Below the pieces are notes generated by a model. It searched no databases, was not told the DNA's origin, and saw nothing but the letters and a program-made list of their open reading frames with translations. Positions 36,797 through 47,279 of a stretch of 60,614 nt of DNA are shown here, one piece after another. The stretch's first letter is position 1. Each line of letters opens with the position of its first letter. This DNA is from an uncultured Eubacteriales bacterium (GTDB lineage Bacteria; Actinomycetota; Coriobacteriia; Anaerosomatales; PHET01). Location: assembly GCA_964492775.1 (NCBI GenBank), contig CAZBLH010000002.1, forward strand, positions 1 to 60,614. Reading direction: 5' to 3'. A program made the position numbers and the translations under genes.

Positions 36797-38263
36797 GTGA
36801 CTGTCGTTCCGGATCTCTACGCGTGCATCCTGGCGGGAGGAAGCGGCCAGCGATTCTGGCCGCTCTCGCGTGAACTCAGCCCCAAACAGTTCCTCTCCGT
36901 GTTCGGCACCGACTCGCTGATCACGCAGGCGGTACGCCGAGTGCTTCCCTTCGTCGATGCCCGCTCAGGGCACGCGCTGGTGATCACGAACGAGCGGCTA
37001 TCCGACGAGATTCGGAATCACCTGATCTCACAGCCCGATCCTGAGTTCGGCTGCCTCCGGTACATCGTCGAGCCACACCCGAAAAACACCGCGCCGGCTA
37101 TCGCGCTGGCGGCGGCGGTGATTGCGCACGAGAACCCCGAGGGACTCATGATCACGCTGCCCTCGGACCACCTGCTTGACGCGGGGGAGGTCTGGGCCGA
37201 TGCGGTTCGTACTGCGGCCAGCCTGGCTGCAGATGGCTACCTCGTGACCATAGGGATCCAGCCGACGCGCGCTGAGACTGGCTACGGCTATATCCGTGCG
37301 GGTGAACCGCTGCAGGAGTACACCGGAGAACTCGTCCGCCCGCTCACGGCCGCGGCCTTTGTGGAGAAGCCGTCCGAGGAGCTCGCCGAGGCGTACCTCT
37401 CGACCGGTCACTACTTCTGGAACGCGGGCATCTTCGTGATGAAAGCCGCTCGTGTGCTGGAGGAGCTGCGCGCCGCAGGCGAGGACGGCGCGCTGATCGC
37501 CGGGGCCGCAGAGTGGGTCGCGGCCCACCTCGACGACTCGTCATCGGCCGACGAGGCGCGCGAGCGTTTCTCGGCAATCGAGCCAGTTTCAATCGACGTC
37601 GCCGTGATGGAGCGCTCTGAGTCGGTGGCGGTGATCCCTGCTGACATCGACTGGAACGACGTCGGGTCGCTGCTTGCGCTTGAGGATGTGGCTCCGGCTG
37701 ATGGATGCGGGATGGTGCGCGTTGGCAGGGGTGTCGACATCGGTTCGTCTGACACGGTCGTGTACTCGGCGGACCGTCTTGTCGCGACACTGGGTGTCGA
37801 CAACCTAATCGTGGCAGACACTCACGATGCCACACTAATCGCCCGGAAGGATCTCGCACAGGACGTGCGCCTCGTCTTCGAGGCACTGCGGGATGCCGGT
37901 GCCGAGGAGGTCACGCAACCCAAGGTCAGCTTGCGCCCGTGGGGCAGCTGGACGCAGCTGTTCGAGGGACCCGGGTTCAAGATCAAGATGCTCGAGGTCA
38001 AGCCCGGCACTAAGGTTTCGCTGCAGCGGCACGTTCACCGCAGCGAGCACTGGATCGTGGTGGCGGGCGCCGCGCTCGTGACGCTCGGGACCGATGAGCG
38101 GGAGGTGAACGTCAACGAAGGGGTCTTCATCCCGGCGGGGGCGGTGCACCGCCTCGAGAACCGGGGTGACGTCCAGCTCAAAGTCATCGAGGTCCAAGTG
38201 GGTGGGTATCTCGGCGAGGATGATCTCGAGCGGCTCAGCGACGACTGGAACCGCAACGAGTGA
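36797..38263 (+). CDS. manC: Mannose-1-phosphate guanylyltransferase/mannose-6-phosphate isomerase
   Basis: ILAGGSGQRFWPLSR..PKQF, ETGYGYI, FVEKP, RPWG, SLQRH.HRSEHW cupin. Confidence 0.95.
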   Translation: MTVVPDLYACILAGGSGQRFWPLSRELSPKQFLSVFGTDSLITQAVRRVLPFVDARSGHALVITNERLSDEIRNHLISQPDPEFGCLRYIVEPHPKNTAPAIALAAAVIAHENPEGLMITLPSDHLLDAGEVWADAVRTAASLAADGYLVTIGIQPTRAETGYGYIRAGEPLQEYTGELVRPLTAAAFVEKPSEELAEAYLSTGHYFWNAGIFVMKAARVLEELRAAGEDGALIAGAAEWVAAHLDDSSSADEARERFSAIEPVSIDVAVMERSESVAVIPADIDWNDVGSLLALEDVAPADGCGMVRVGRGVDIGSSDTVVYSADRLVATLGVDNLIVADTHDATLIARKDLAQDVRLVFEALRDAGAEEVTQPKVSLRPWGSWTQLFEGPGFKIKMLEVKPGTKVSLQRHVHRSEHWIVVAGAALVTLGTDEREVNVNEGVFIPAGAVHRLENRGDVQLKVIEVQVGGYLGEDDLERLSDDWNRNE

Positions 38264-38265
38264 TG

Positions 38266-38826
38266 TTACGCGGCGGGCGAACCGGCATCATGCTCGCGTC
38301 GTCTCGCAATCCAAGACGCGCCCGCTCCGATGGCCGCACCCAGGACCGCGCCCATCAGTCCCAGCGTACTGGCGAAATATGCAGACTGCGTAGCTCCTTC
38401 GACGTCTACAGAACCCGGAGCAACTGAGCGGGCGAGGAGCGAGATCGCGAGAGCTGCCAGCATACCCACTGCCGAGAAGCCCGCCATCGCCGTAGCTCCG
38501 CGTCCTCGGTCGAGCAGGACGCCGCCAAGTCCGCCGGCGACGGCCGCGGCGAGCAGCGCGCCAAGCCACGCCGGAAGCGACACTGGAGACCCGTCAGCCA
38601 GCGCCAGGAACAGCGCCAGGATGAAGACGACGGTGAACGTGAAGCCGCCGACTAGCGCAGCGAGGATTGCCGTGCGGTCTCCATACTCGGGGCGCACGAC
38701 CACGAACCACCCCAACACAGCCGGCAGCAGGATGATGAAGGGGAACTCGGTGCTGACCCAGACGTAACCGGCGGCTGCTGACGCCAGCCCGAAGACCGCC
38801 ATGCCGAGCAGAGCGTTGCGCGTCAT
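38266..38826 (-). CDS. Hypothetical multi-pass membrane protein
   Basis: About six hydrophobic Gly/Ala-rich helices; fills the gap between manC and wecB. Confidence 0.65.
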   Translation of the reverse strand: MTRNALLGMAVFGLASAAAGYVWVSTEFPFIILLPAVLGWFVVVRPEYGDRTAILAALVGGFTFTVVFILALFLALADGSPVSLPAWLGALLAAAVAGGLGGVLLDRGRGATAMAGFSAVGMLAALAISLLARSVAPGSVDVEGATQSAYFASTLGLMGAVLGAAIGAGASWIARRREHDAGSPAA

Positions 38827-38948
38827 CGCTTCTGTCGCCTTTCAAGTCGTAGACATTGAAACAAATGTTCCCTTCGGTGCATGTGCTCCGACGGCCGTGT
38901 GCGAGAATGGCCGGAGCGCGAAGGCGAGATGACTAGGGGGCGACTGCC

Positions 38949-40082
38949 GTGGCCGAGAGGGCTCCAGAACGAGTGCTGACCGTGTTCGGTACGCGCCCCG
39001 AGGCAATCAAGCTGGCGCCTGTGATCGAAGCGCTCCGGGCGCGTCCGGACGACTTCAAGCCGGTGGTTGCGGTGACCGCGCAGCACCGTGAGATGCTCGA
39101 CCAGGTGCTCTCGCTCTTTGAGATCGAACCCGAGTTCGACCTCGACATCATGACGGTCGGCCAGTCGCTCACCGACATCATCGTCAACGCCATGACCGGG
39201 CTCTCGCCGCTGATGGAGCGGGTGCGCCCGGACGCTGTGCTCGTTCAGGGTGACACCACGACCACCTTTGTGGCCGCCCTTGCGGCGTTCACTCACCGCG
39301 TGCCGGTCGGGCACATCGAGGCCGGCCTGCGTACGCACGACCTCAGTCGACCGTTTCCCGAGGAAGGCAATCGCCAGCTCACTACAAGGCTCGCCCGGTG
39401 GCACTTCGCGCCGACTGAGCTGTCTCGCGACAACCTGCTTGCCGAGGGTGTTCCGGCCCAGGCAGTACACGTGACCGGCAACACGGTGGTCGACGCGCTC
39501 CTTGCCACGCGCGACAAGGAGCACTGCTTCGGCCCGGGACCCGTGCACGAAGCCCTCATGAGCGGGCGGAGGATCGTTCTCGTGACGGCGCATCGCCGCG
39601 AGAACTGGGGGGAGCCGTTCGAGCAGATCTGTGAGGCGATCAGTCGGCTTGTTGCGGCGTTCGGCGACATCCACGTGCTCTTTGCGACGCACCGCAACCC
39701 CATTGTTGCTGATGCCGCCGCGCGCCGCCTCGGCCACCTCGACCGCGTGGACCTGATCGGTCCTCAGGAGTACCTGCCGTTCGTGAAACTGATGGATGCA
39801 GCGACGCTGATCCTCTCGGACTCCGGCGGAGTGCAGGAGGAGGCGCCGACCCTCGGCAAGCCTGCGCTCGTGCTGCGCGAGGTGACCGAGCGGCCGGAGG
39901 CGGTCGATGCGGGTGTCGTGAGGCTTGTGGGGACCGACGCCTCGCGCATCTTCGCCGAGGCGAGTCGGCTGCTCACGGACGCTCAGGCCTACGCCGAGAT
40001 GGCGAAGGCCTCGAACCCGTTCGGCGACGGAAGGGCATCGGAGCGAATCGCTAAGGTGCTCGCGGCGACGCTTTCGGAATAG
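38949..40082 (+). CDS. wecB: UDP-GlcNAc 2-epimerase (non-hydrolysing, WecB/MnaA type)
   Basis: FGTRPEAIKLAP, AQHREML, QGDTTT, PFPEEGNR, HRRENWG, NPFGDG. Confidence 0.95.
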   Translation: MAERAPERVLTVFGTRPEAIKLAPVIEALRARPDDFKPVVAVTAQHREMLDQVLSLFEIEPEFDLDIMTVGQSLTDIIVNAMTGLSPLMERVRPDAVLVQGDTTTTFVAALAAFTHRVPVGHIEAGLRTHDLSRPFPEEGNRQLTTRLARWHFAPTELSRDNLLAEGVPAQAVHVTGNTVVDALLATRDKEHCFGPGPVHEALMSGRRIVLVTAHRRENWGEPFEQICEAISRLVAAFGDIHVLFATHRNPIVADAAARRLGHLDRVDLIGPQEYLPFVKLMDAATLILSDSGGVQEEAPTLGKPALVLREVTERPEAVDAGVVRLVGTDASRIFAEASRLLTDAQAYAEMAKASNPFGDGRASERIAKVLAATLSE

Positions 40083-40197
40083 CCGAGGGCCCGCCGAGCG
40101 TAGGCCGAATTCAAGTACAGCACCCAATCCGACGATACTTAGTCAGGCGTATGTTGAGTACCGTTTCCGTAGGCGTGTCGGCGAGGGCTTAGTGACC

Positions 40198-42693
40198 ATG
40201 ACGAGAGTGCTATCAACGACGATCCTTGTGATCGAACTCGTTGTGTTCCTCGCCCTACTAGCTATGGTGCTCGGACGTCGGCTTCCTCACCGGTGGAGGG
40301 GCACGGTTGCGGCGTTCGCTCTCATTGCAGGAGTGAACCTCGGCCAGTCGCTGCTCGTGCCCACGGAGGGCGCGATTCCGCTATTCAGCCTCGATCGCCT
40401 GATGCACGCCGCCGAGGTGGTAGCGCTCGCCGTCGCGGCCATTGTCTTTCGCCGCGATATATCCCGGCCGGACCGGCTACTCGATCGCGCGGAGGAAGAG
40501 TCCTCTCTCGCGATCGATCTACACGAGGCACCCGCCATCGTGTTTGCCACCAACCGGGATGGCATGGTCCGCCGGGTGAACCGCGTTGCAGCGGAGACGC
40601 TTGGCATCGATCCCGACAAGCTGATCGGGCGTGAGGCATTCAGCCTCGTGCCTCCGGGGCCAGAGCGTGATCGCGCGAGGTCGAGCTTCCTGAAGTTCGT
40701 GGGTAGCGCAGGCGCAGTTGCCGCGGAATGCGAGTACCAGCTCCAGACGCCCGAGGGCCTGAAGCTCATGCATTGGAGACGCACAGCACAGCTGGACGAA
40801 AAGGGCGCGGTCGTGGGTGTCATCTCGTACGGAGAGGACGTGTCCGAGCGTCGCAAGGTGGAGCAGCGGCTTGCCGCAGAGTCCTACTTGCTGGACTCGG
40901 TCTTTGACGCGGTCACGGTGTGGGGGGAGCACGGGAAAAACCTGTACAACAACCGGGCGATGTACACGATGCTCGGCATGAACGAGAGCGAACTGATGGC
41001 GCTCGGGCCGATGGGGTGGATGGCTCCGGAGTCGCGTGCGATTGTCGCGCACATGGAGCGCACCGAGTTGACAGGCGACGACCTGATCGAGGTCATGGCA
41101 CTCCGCAAGGACGGGAGCCGTGTGCCCCTGGAGCTGCGGAGCCAGCGGATCGAGTTCGAAGGCCAGTCGGCCATCATGAGTGTGGGTCGAGACATCTCTG
41201 CTCGCCGTCACGCGCAACAGCTGATGATGCAGATGGCGTACACGGACCCGCTCACGGGACTGCCGAACCAGCGCACCATAAATGACTGTATTGCCAACGC
41301 ATTGATGAGACGTAGGGTGTCTGGCGAACCGACGGCCGTATTCTTCGTTGACGTGGACAATCTCAAGAACGTGAACGACACCCTCGGTCATGAGGCGGGC
41401 GACCGGCTGATCAGGATGATTGGTCACCGGCTGCGCGATGCGCTCGGGGACCAGGACATCCTCGGCCGGGTCGGTGGTGACGAGTTCGTCGTCGTTTCGC
41501 CAGGCACGAGTAGCGCGGAGGAATACGAGGAGATCGGGCAGCGCCTTCTGGAGGCGATGGCCGAACCGCTTCATCTGGACGGGCACCACATCCGCATGAC
41601 GTCGAGCATCGGAGTCGCGGAGTGCCAGGCCGGCCTGGAGGCTGACGAGGTCGTCGCCCGAGCCGACAGGGCGATGTATGCAGCGAAACGAAACGGTGGA
41701 GGAAGCGTCAGGCTGCATACACCCGAGCTTGACGAGGAGTTCCTGGAGCGCTTCACCTTGCGGAACGACTTGGCTGTCGCGTTGACTCAAGACGAGTTCA
41801 TCGTGGAGTACCAGCCCGTTGTGTGTGCCCACACCGGCTTGGCCGTAGCCGCAGAAGCATTGCTACGCTGGAACCACCCCACTCGTGGGCTGCTGCCGCC
41901 AGGGACGTTCATAGACTTGGCCGAGCTGAACGGTTCGATTCGCGAGATTGGCGCTTGGGTTCTGTCGGAGGCGTGCGAGGCGCTCAGGTACTGGCGCGAG
42001 CAGGGTCTCATGATCGAGCACGTTGCCGTCAACGTCTCGCCGGTGCAGCTGCGCACGCCGGGGTTCGCGGACGACGTGATGGCCATTCTCCGCAAGCATG
42101 GCGTCGATGCGCACAGCCTCGAGCTTGAGGTCACCGAGACACAGATGATGGACGACGCCGACGGTATCGAGGCGGTGTTCTCACGCCTGAGCGAGTACGA
42201 TCTGCGACTTGCGCTCGACGACTTCGGCACCGGCCATTCATCGCTCGAGCGCCTGCTGCGCCTGCCGATAAGGACGCTGAAGCTCGACAAGACCTTCGTG
42301 AACCATCTGTGCGAGAAGTCGACGGCACATCCCATCATCGATAGTGTGCTTGTGCTGGCGCACCAGCTTGGCCTCGACGTGATTGCCGAGGGCGTGGAAA
42401 CCCCGGCGCAAGCCGACTACCTACGCAAAGTCGGCGTGGCCAAGCTGCAGGGTTTCGCGCTCGCCATGCCTATGGGGGTCGTGAAGTTCGCCGAGGCGTG
42501 CTCGGCAGGGGCACTGGGAATTGCGGGCCAGTGGCTCAAGGTTGACTCACCACCGAAGCGAGTAAGGCAGCGCCGCTCGCTCGGATGCGATTCGTGCGAC
42601 GTCCGAGAAGGCTGCAGGCTGCGCTCTGGCACCCGGCACGCGCATCTCCAAGACGGGGCATGCGCATTAAGTCACGCGGGTGACACCGCCTGA
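40198..42693 (+). CDS. Membrane-anchored PAS-PAS-GGDEF-EAL c-di-GMP enzyme
   Basis: Three N-terminal TM, two PAS/PAC regions, DPLTGLPN, RVGGDEF, AEALLRW, DDFGTG, AEGVE. Confidence 0.93.
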   Translation: MTRVLSTTILVIELVVFLALLAMVLGRRLPHRWRGTVAAFALIAGVNLGQSLLVPTEGAIPLFSLDRLMHAAEVVALAVAAIVFRRDISRPDRLLDRAEEESSLAIDLHEAPAIVFATNRDGMVRRVNRVAAETLGIDPDKLIGREAFSLVPPGPERDRARSSFLKFVGSAGAVAAECEYQLQTPEGLKLMHWRRTAQLDEKGAVVGVISYGEDVSERRKVEQRLAAESYLLDSVFDAVTVWGEHGKNLYNNRAMYTMLGMNESELMALGPMGWMAPESRAIVAHMERTELTGDDLIEVMALRKDGSRVPLELRSQRIEFEGQSAIMSVGRDISARRHAQQLMMQMAYTDPLTGLPNQRTINDCIANALMRRRVSGEPTAVFFVDVDNLKNVNDTLGHEAGDRLIRMIGHRLRDALGDQDILGRVGGDEFVVVSPGTSSAEEYEEIGQRLLEAMAEPLHLDGHHIRMTSSIGVAECQAGLEADEVVARADRAMYAAKRNGGGSVRLHTPELDEEFLERFTLRNDLAVALTQDEFIVEYQPVVCAHTGLAVAAEALLRWNHPTRGLLPPGTFIDLAELNGSIREIGAWVLSEACEALRYWREQGLMIEHVAVNVSPVQLRTPGFADDVMAILRKHGVDAHSLELEVTETQMMDDADGIEAVFSRLSEYDLRLALDDFGTGHSSLERLLRLPIRTLKLDKTFVNHLCEKSTAHPIIDSVLVLAHQLGLDVIAEGVETPAQADYLRKVGVAKLQGFALAMPMGVVKFAEACSAGALGIAGQWLKVDSPPKRVRQRRSLGCDSCDVREGCRLRSGTRHAHLQDGACALSHAGDTA

Positions 42694-42785
42694 CGCCCGC
42701 GTGCGGGGCGGACGGGGCTGACGTGCCTTTGACTCGCGGGCATCGCGCTCGGGTATCCTTGGAACGGCTCCATAACCGACACCAG

Positions 42786-44675
42786 GTGTCCAACTTGCCT
42801 CGACGCATCCTGCACTCCATCAGCGAGTACCTACGCATCAACGCCATCCGGCGTATGTTCTCCTACGTCGATGTGCGTGCCACTGAGGTGGTAGGGCTGG
42901 TCGGCTTCGCGGTGGCGTATGCGCTCCTCGAGGGCATCGGGCTGTCGCTGCTGTTGCCGATCCTGCAGTTCGCCGAGTCGGGCCCGACAGCGATCACGGA
43001 GGGTTCGGGTGCCATCTGGGGTGGACTCGCCAGGGTGATCGACGCGTTGAGCTTGCCCGTTACGCTGCCGGTCCTGCTGGTGATGGCGTTCCTGCCGATC
43101 CTTCTGCGCCAGGTCGTCTACTACCTGAGCACGTGGTACTCGGCGATCGTGGCGGGCCGCATCGGCGTGCGCATGCGGATGACCACGCTCGATGCCGTGC
43201 TGGAGGCGGATCCGGAGTTCTTCGAGCGCCATCCGTTGGGCCGAATCGTCGGCATCGTGATCACGCAGACGCAGGCTGCCGGGCAGGCTGTGCTATCGGT
43301 GATTAAGCAGCTGTCGATCGCGCTGCTGATCGTGCTCTACATCGCGGTGCTGCTGGCCGTCTCGGTGCCGCTATCGCTCATCGTGCTCGTCTTCGCGGGC
43401 CTGATCTTCGCGGTAGTGAAGGCGAACATACGACGCATCCGGACCTCTGCGACCGAACTCGCCGAGGTCAGCCAGCGGATGACTGCCAAGATAGTCGAGC
43501 GGTTCGGCATGATCAGGCTCATCAAGCTCAGGAACATGGAGCGCCATGAATCTCGGCGGATCGCGGAGTATTCCGAGGCCATGAGGGAGCTTGGCGTTCG
43601 GCAGGCGCGGCTTGGCGCGAACATGGAGGTCACTGCCGATCCGCTCCTCATGCTTGCGGTATTCGCAACGCTTTATGTCGGCATCTCGGTGCTCGGCATG
43701 AAGCTCGCCCAGCTCGGTCTGGTCCTGTTCGTGCTCACCCGACTGAACTCCAAGGTCAAGGAGTTCAACTCTGGTCGCCAGGTGATTTCGCAGAACATGT
43801 CAGGCTTGGTGCTCGTCCGCGATATGGCCGAGGACGCGAGGCATTCGAATCGGATCCGGGGCGGAGCGCTGGAGTTCACGGGCATCGAGCGGGAGATCGT
43901 GCTAGACGGCGTGTCCTTCGAGTATCCGGATGAGCCGGGGCAGTCCTCCGATGTTCCATCGGAGGCGGTCGAGTCCAGCGGGGAAGCGGAGTCCGACGCG
44001 AGAGTGCTTCGCGATATCTCGCTGACGATTCCTGCCGGGTCGTTCCTTGCGCTCGTGGGTCGGTCGGGCGGCGGCAAGTCGACGCTCGTGGAGCTTCTCA
44101 CCAGACTGCGCGAACCGACGAGCGGTACCATCACCTACGACGGGCACGACATCGCCGAGTACGACCTGGGGTCCCTGCGCAGGGGCATCGGATACCTCAC
44201 CCAGTCAGCGATGCTCTTCAACGAATCCGTGCGCGAGAACCTCGTCTACGGCCTTGAGTACGAGCCCAGCGACGAGCAGATCCTCAGGGCATTGGAGGCC
44301 GCATACGCGTCGTTCGTCTACGAGCTGCCGCAGGGTCTGGAGACCAGGATCGGCGACCAGGGTGTGAGGCTGTCTGGTGGAGAGCGTCAGCGCATCGCCC
44401 TCGCGCGCGTGCTCCTGGAAGACTCTTCACTGCTGATTCTGGACGAGCCGACGAGTGCTCTCGACTCGGCGTCTGAGAGCTGCATCCAGCAGGCGCTTGC
44501 GCGTCTGCACGGCAGAAGAACGATCATCGTGATCGCGCACCGGCTGGCGACGGTCATCGAGGCCGACCAGATCGCGGTGATCGACGGAGGACGGATCGCC
44601 GAGCTGGGCACGCACGAAGAGCTGCTCGCTGCGGGCGGCGCCTACCGCGAACTCTTCGAAGGACAGATGCTGTGA
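42786..44675 (+). CDS. ABC exporter (fused TMD+NBD), probable lipid-linked glycan flippase (PglK/MsbA-like)
   Basis: EGIGLSLLLP N-terminus, GRSGGGKST, LSGGERQR, LDEPTSALD, IAHRL; adjacent to glycosyltransferases; start could be 42723. Confidence 0.88.
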   Translation: MSNLPRRILHSISEYLRINAIRRMFSYVDVRATEVVGLVGFAVAYALLEGIGLSLLLPILQFAESGPTAITEGSGAIWGGLARVIDALSLPVTLPVLLVMAFLPILLRQVVYYLSTWYSAIVAGRIGVRMRMTTLDAVLEADPEFFERHPLGRIVGIVITQTQAAGQAVLSVIKQLSIALLIVLYIAVLLAVSVPLSLIVLVFAGLIFAVVKANIRRIRTSATELAEVSQRMTAKIVERFGMIRLIKLRNMERHESRRIAEYSEAMRELGVRQARLGANMEVTADPLLMLAVFATLYVGISVLGMKLAQLGLVLFVLTRLNSKVKEFNSGRQVISQNMSGLVLVRDMAEDARHSNRIRGGALEFTGIEREIVLDGVSFEYPDEPGQSSDVPSEAVESSGEAESDARVLRDISLTIPAGSFLALVGRSGGGKSTLVELLTRLREPTSGTITYDGHDIAEYDLGSLRRGIGYLTQSAMLFNESVRENLVYGLEYEPSDEQILRALEAAYASFVYELPQGLETRIGDQGVRLSGGERQRIALARVLLEDSSLLILDEPTSALDSASESCIQQALARLHGRRTIIVIAHRLATVIEADQIAVIDGGRIAELGTHEELLAAGGAYRELFEGQML

Positions 44676-44724
44676 GTGCCGTTCGGTCACGGCGACTGCA
44701 AGACTCAAGACGGATCGCGAGACC

Positions 44725-45987
44725 GTGAATCCTAGTCGGGCTGAAGGCGGGGACACACCTCGGGCTGGTGCGCCTTTGAGAGGAGTCCGGGTCTGCATGC
44801 TTCGCGCCACCGATCTGTCGCACGATGCGCGTGTCGTCAAGCAGGCCACCGCCCTGAGAGATGCTGGGGCAGAGGTCGTTCTGGTCGGCGTCGGCGACTC
44901 GGCACCGGACGATCTGGTGGCGATGGGCTTCGATGTGCGCATGGTCCCGCCGAAGCTAAGAGGCCCGCGGCTCGGCAGGGAAGACGTATGGTGGGCGCTG
45001 CGCGTGGCCGTCAATCTCACCTACACCCGGGCCTTGCAGTACTGGCGTGAGACCCGGCCCGCCTCACGCACCTACCTGTTCGGCAATGCGCTGCTCGAAG
45101 CGGCGCGGGACGTGAAACCGGATGTGGTCCACGCCTACAACATCCATACACTGCCGGCAGCCGTCGAGTTGAAGCGGCAGGGTGCGGTTGCGCGCATCGT
45201 CTACGACGTGCGAGACCTGTTCTCGGACGAGTCGACCCCGGGGCCGGAGTTCAGGCGGCGGCTCAGAATCGTCGAGACCAAGCTGATCGGGGAGGTGGAC
45301 TCGACCATCACCGTTTGTGAGACGTTCGCAGATGTCTTGGCGCAGCGCTACGGCATCTCTCGCCCGACGGTCGTCTACAACGGTCCCATCGAGGTGAAGC
45401 ATGAGACGAACGAGGTCAGCACGCCGATCCGGCTGCTGTTTCAGGGGATACTCAGGAGCGACCGCAGGGTCGGCTGGTTCGTAGATGCGATGACCGCCCT
45501 GCGAAACCGCGCGGTCTTAACCATTCAGGGGTTCGGCGGAGTAGAACAGGAGTTGCGAAAGCAGGTGGAGCGACTGGACCTTGAGGACGTCGTGCTGTTC
45601 GTCCCACCCGCTCCAGCTGCCGAGGTCGTAGATGCAGCGGCTCGTCATGATATCGGCGTTGTCTACTCAACACCAGAATCCCTGAACATTAGACTGTCCG
45701 TCCCTAACAAGCTGATGGACTATCTGGGAGCGGGCCTGGCGATAGTCGCGAGTGACACGCCCGGCCATCGCAGTGTGCTGGAGGGCACGGGTGCTGCGGT
45801 CTTCATCGACCCCTCATCGCCTTCCGCTGTGGCTGAAGGAGTCAGTCGTTTGCTGGACGACCCCGAACTCGTCAGTAACATGAAGGTCGCTGCGCTGAAA
45901 GCCGCCGAGAAGTACGTTTGGGACGTTCAGGCCGAGAAGTTGCTCGGCGTTTATGAGGCGGTCATCGGGCGCAGCCCGTCGAGATGA
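44725..45987 (+). CDS. GT4-family glycosyltransferase
   Basis: DARVVKQA, VYD, PNKLMDYLGAGLAIVASD. Confidence 0.88.
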   Translation: MNPSRAEGGDTPRAGAPLRGVRVCMLRATDLSHDARVVKQATALRDAGAEVVLVGVGDSAPDDLVAMGFDVRMVPPKLRGPRLGREDVWWALRVAVNLTYTRALQYWRETRPASRTYLFGNALLEAARDVKPDVVHAYNIHTLPAAVELKRQGAVARIVYDVRDLFSDESTPGPEFRRRLRIVETKLIGEVDSTITVCETFADVLAQRYGISRPTVVYNGPIEVKHETNEVSTPIRLLFQGILRSDRRVGWFVDAMTALRNRAVLTIQGFGGVEQELRKQVERLDLEDVVLFVPPAPAAEVVDAAARHDIGVVYSTPESLNIRLSVPNKLMDYLGAGLAIVASDTPGHRSVLEGTGAAVFIDPSSPSAVAEGVSRLLDDPELVSNMKVAALKAAEKYVWDVQAEKLLGVYEAVIGRSPSR

Positions 45988-46055
45988 TTTCGTTGCGATA
46001 GCGGTCGTGCAGGGGATCGGCGGTCAGCCGCGACTCGCTGTACCTCTCCGGACCG

Positions 46056-47279
46056 GTGCTGCCAGAAAGGATGGCGTTGGGCGCACTCTCCACAGATAGG
46101 GTTTCCCTTCCGCTTGATGGAGTCCGGGTGTGCGAGCTCTACATCGGACCGTATCCGGCACACAACGCACACCTCATGAAGGTCACAAAGGCCCTCTCGG
46201 AAGCAGGGGCGGAAGTAACGCTGATCCACTCTTGTCCGCCTGACGACAGGCTGGATGACGAGGGGTTCAAGGCGGTCTGGGTCGCACCGTTCGTGGCAAG
46301 TCACCATCCCGTCTGGGCGATACGGGTAGCGACCAACCTGTTCAGGGAACACATCGGTTTTCCGCTTCGCTATCGTCTTGCCGCTCTCCGCTCGCGTGCG
46401 GACGTGTACCATGCCCACTTCTTGGATTCGATGGCAGCTGCAGCGTTCGCTGCGAGGCTGCGCCGTGCGCGGCTTGTCTTCGACGTGCTGGATCTGTTCG
46501 TGGACGAGGGCGTTCACATCTGGCCACCGCGCACGCTGCGGCACTTCAAGCGGCTCGAGAAGAAGCTCACGCCAAGAGCCGACGTGGTTCTGTCGGTCAG
46601 CGAGCCGATGGCGGACCTCCTTGAATCGCGATACAGGATCCGCAGAAGCGAGGTCCTGATGAACGGTGCGATCGAGTGTCTACCGCCGACGCCGGTGGCC
46701 GAGGGCCGCGTGCGCCTACTGTTCCAGGGCATATTCGCGCACAACAGAAACCTGGCCAATCTGATCCGCGCCATGACGATGCTCCGGGACGAAGCGACGT
46801 TGACACTTCAGGGCTGGGGCGGTGTGGAGGCCGAGCTCCGAGTACTCGTCGAAGAGCTGGGCCTTCAGGACACGGTTGAGTTCCTCGACCGATGCCCGGC
46901 CGAGCAGGTGGTTCAGTCCGCGAACCGGTTCGACATCGGAGTGATCGCGTACAAGGGCGAATCTCCGAATCTCACAGTGGCCGTGCCGAACAAGCTTCAC
47001 GACTATCTCGGCGCAGGGCTGGCCATAGCAGCCTCCGATCTGCCCGGCCACAGAAGTGTGCTTGAGTCGACAGGCTGCGCGGTCTTCATCGACCCCACCA
47101 CCCCCGAGACCATCGCGTACGGCCTTCGCGATCTCGTGCGAGATCGGCAGCGCATCGCCAAGATGAAGCAGGCGGCGCACGAGCTGTGTCGGAAGCTCTG
47201 CTGGGCGCAACAATCTGAGCATCTGGTCGACATCTACGCCGAGTTGGTCGGCGGGAAGGCGGCGAACGGTGCCGACTGA
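46056..47279 (+). CDS. GT4-family glycosyltransferase (start uncertain)
   Basis: DVYHAH, PNKLHDYLGAGLAIAASDLPG. Confidence 0.88.
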   Translation: MLPERMALGALSTDRVSLPLDGVRVCELYIGPYPAHNAHLMKVTKALSEAGAEVTLIHSCPPDDRLDDEGFKAVWVAPFVASHHPVWAIRVATNLFREHIGFPLRYRLAALRSRADVYHAHFLDSMAAAAFAARLRRARLVFDVLDLFVDEGVHIWPPRTLRHFKRLEKKLTPRADVVLSVSEPMADLLESRYRIRRSEVLMNGAIECLPPTPVAEGRVRLLFQGIFAHNRNLANLIRAMTMLRDEATLTLQGWGGVEAELRVLVEELGLQDTVEFLDRCPAEQVVQSANRFDIGVIAYKGESPNLTVAVPNKLHDYLGAGLAIAASDLPGHRSVLESTGCAVFIDPTTPETIAYGLRDLVRDRQRIAKMKQAAHELCRKLCWAQQSEHLVDIYAELVGGKAANGAD

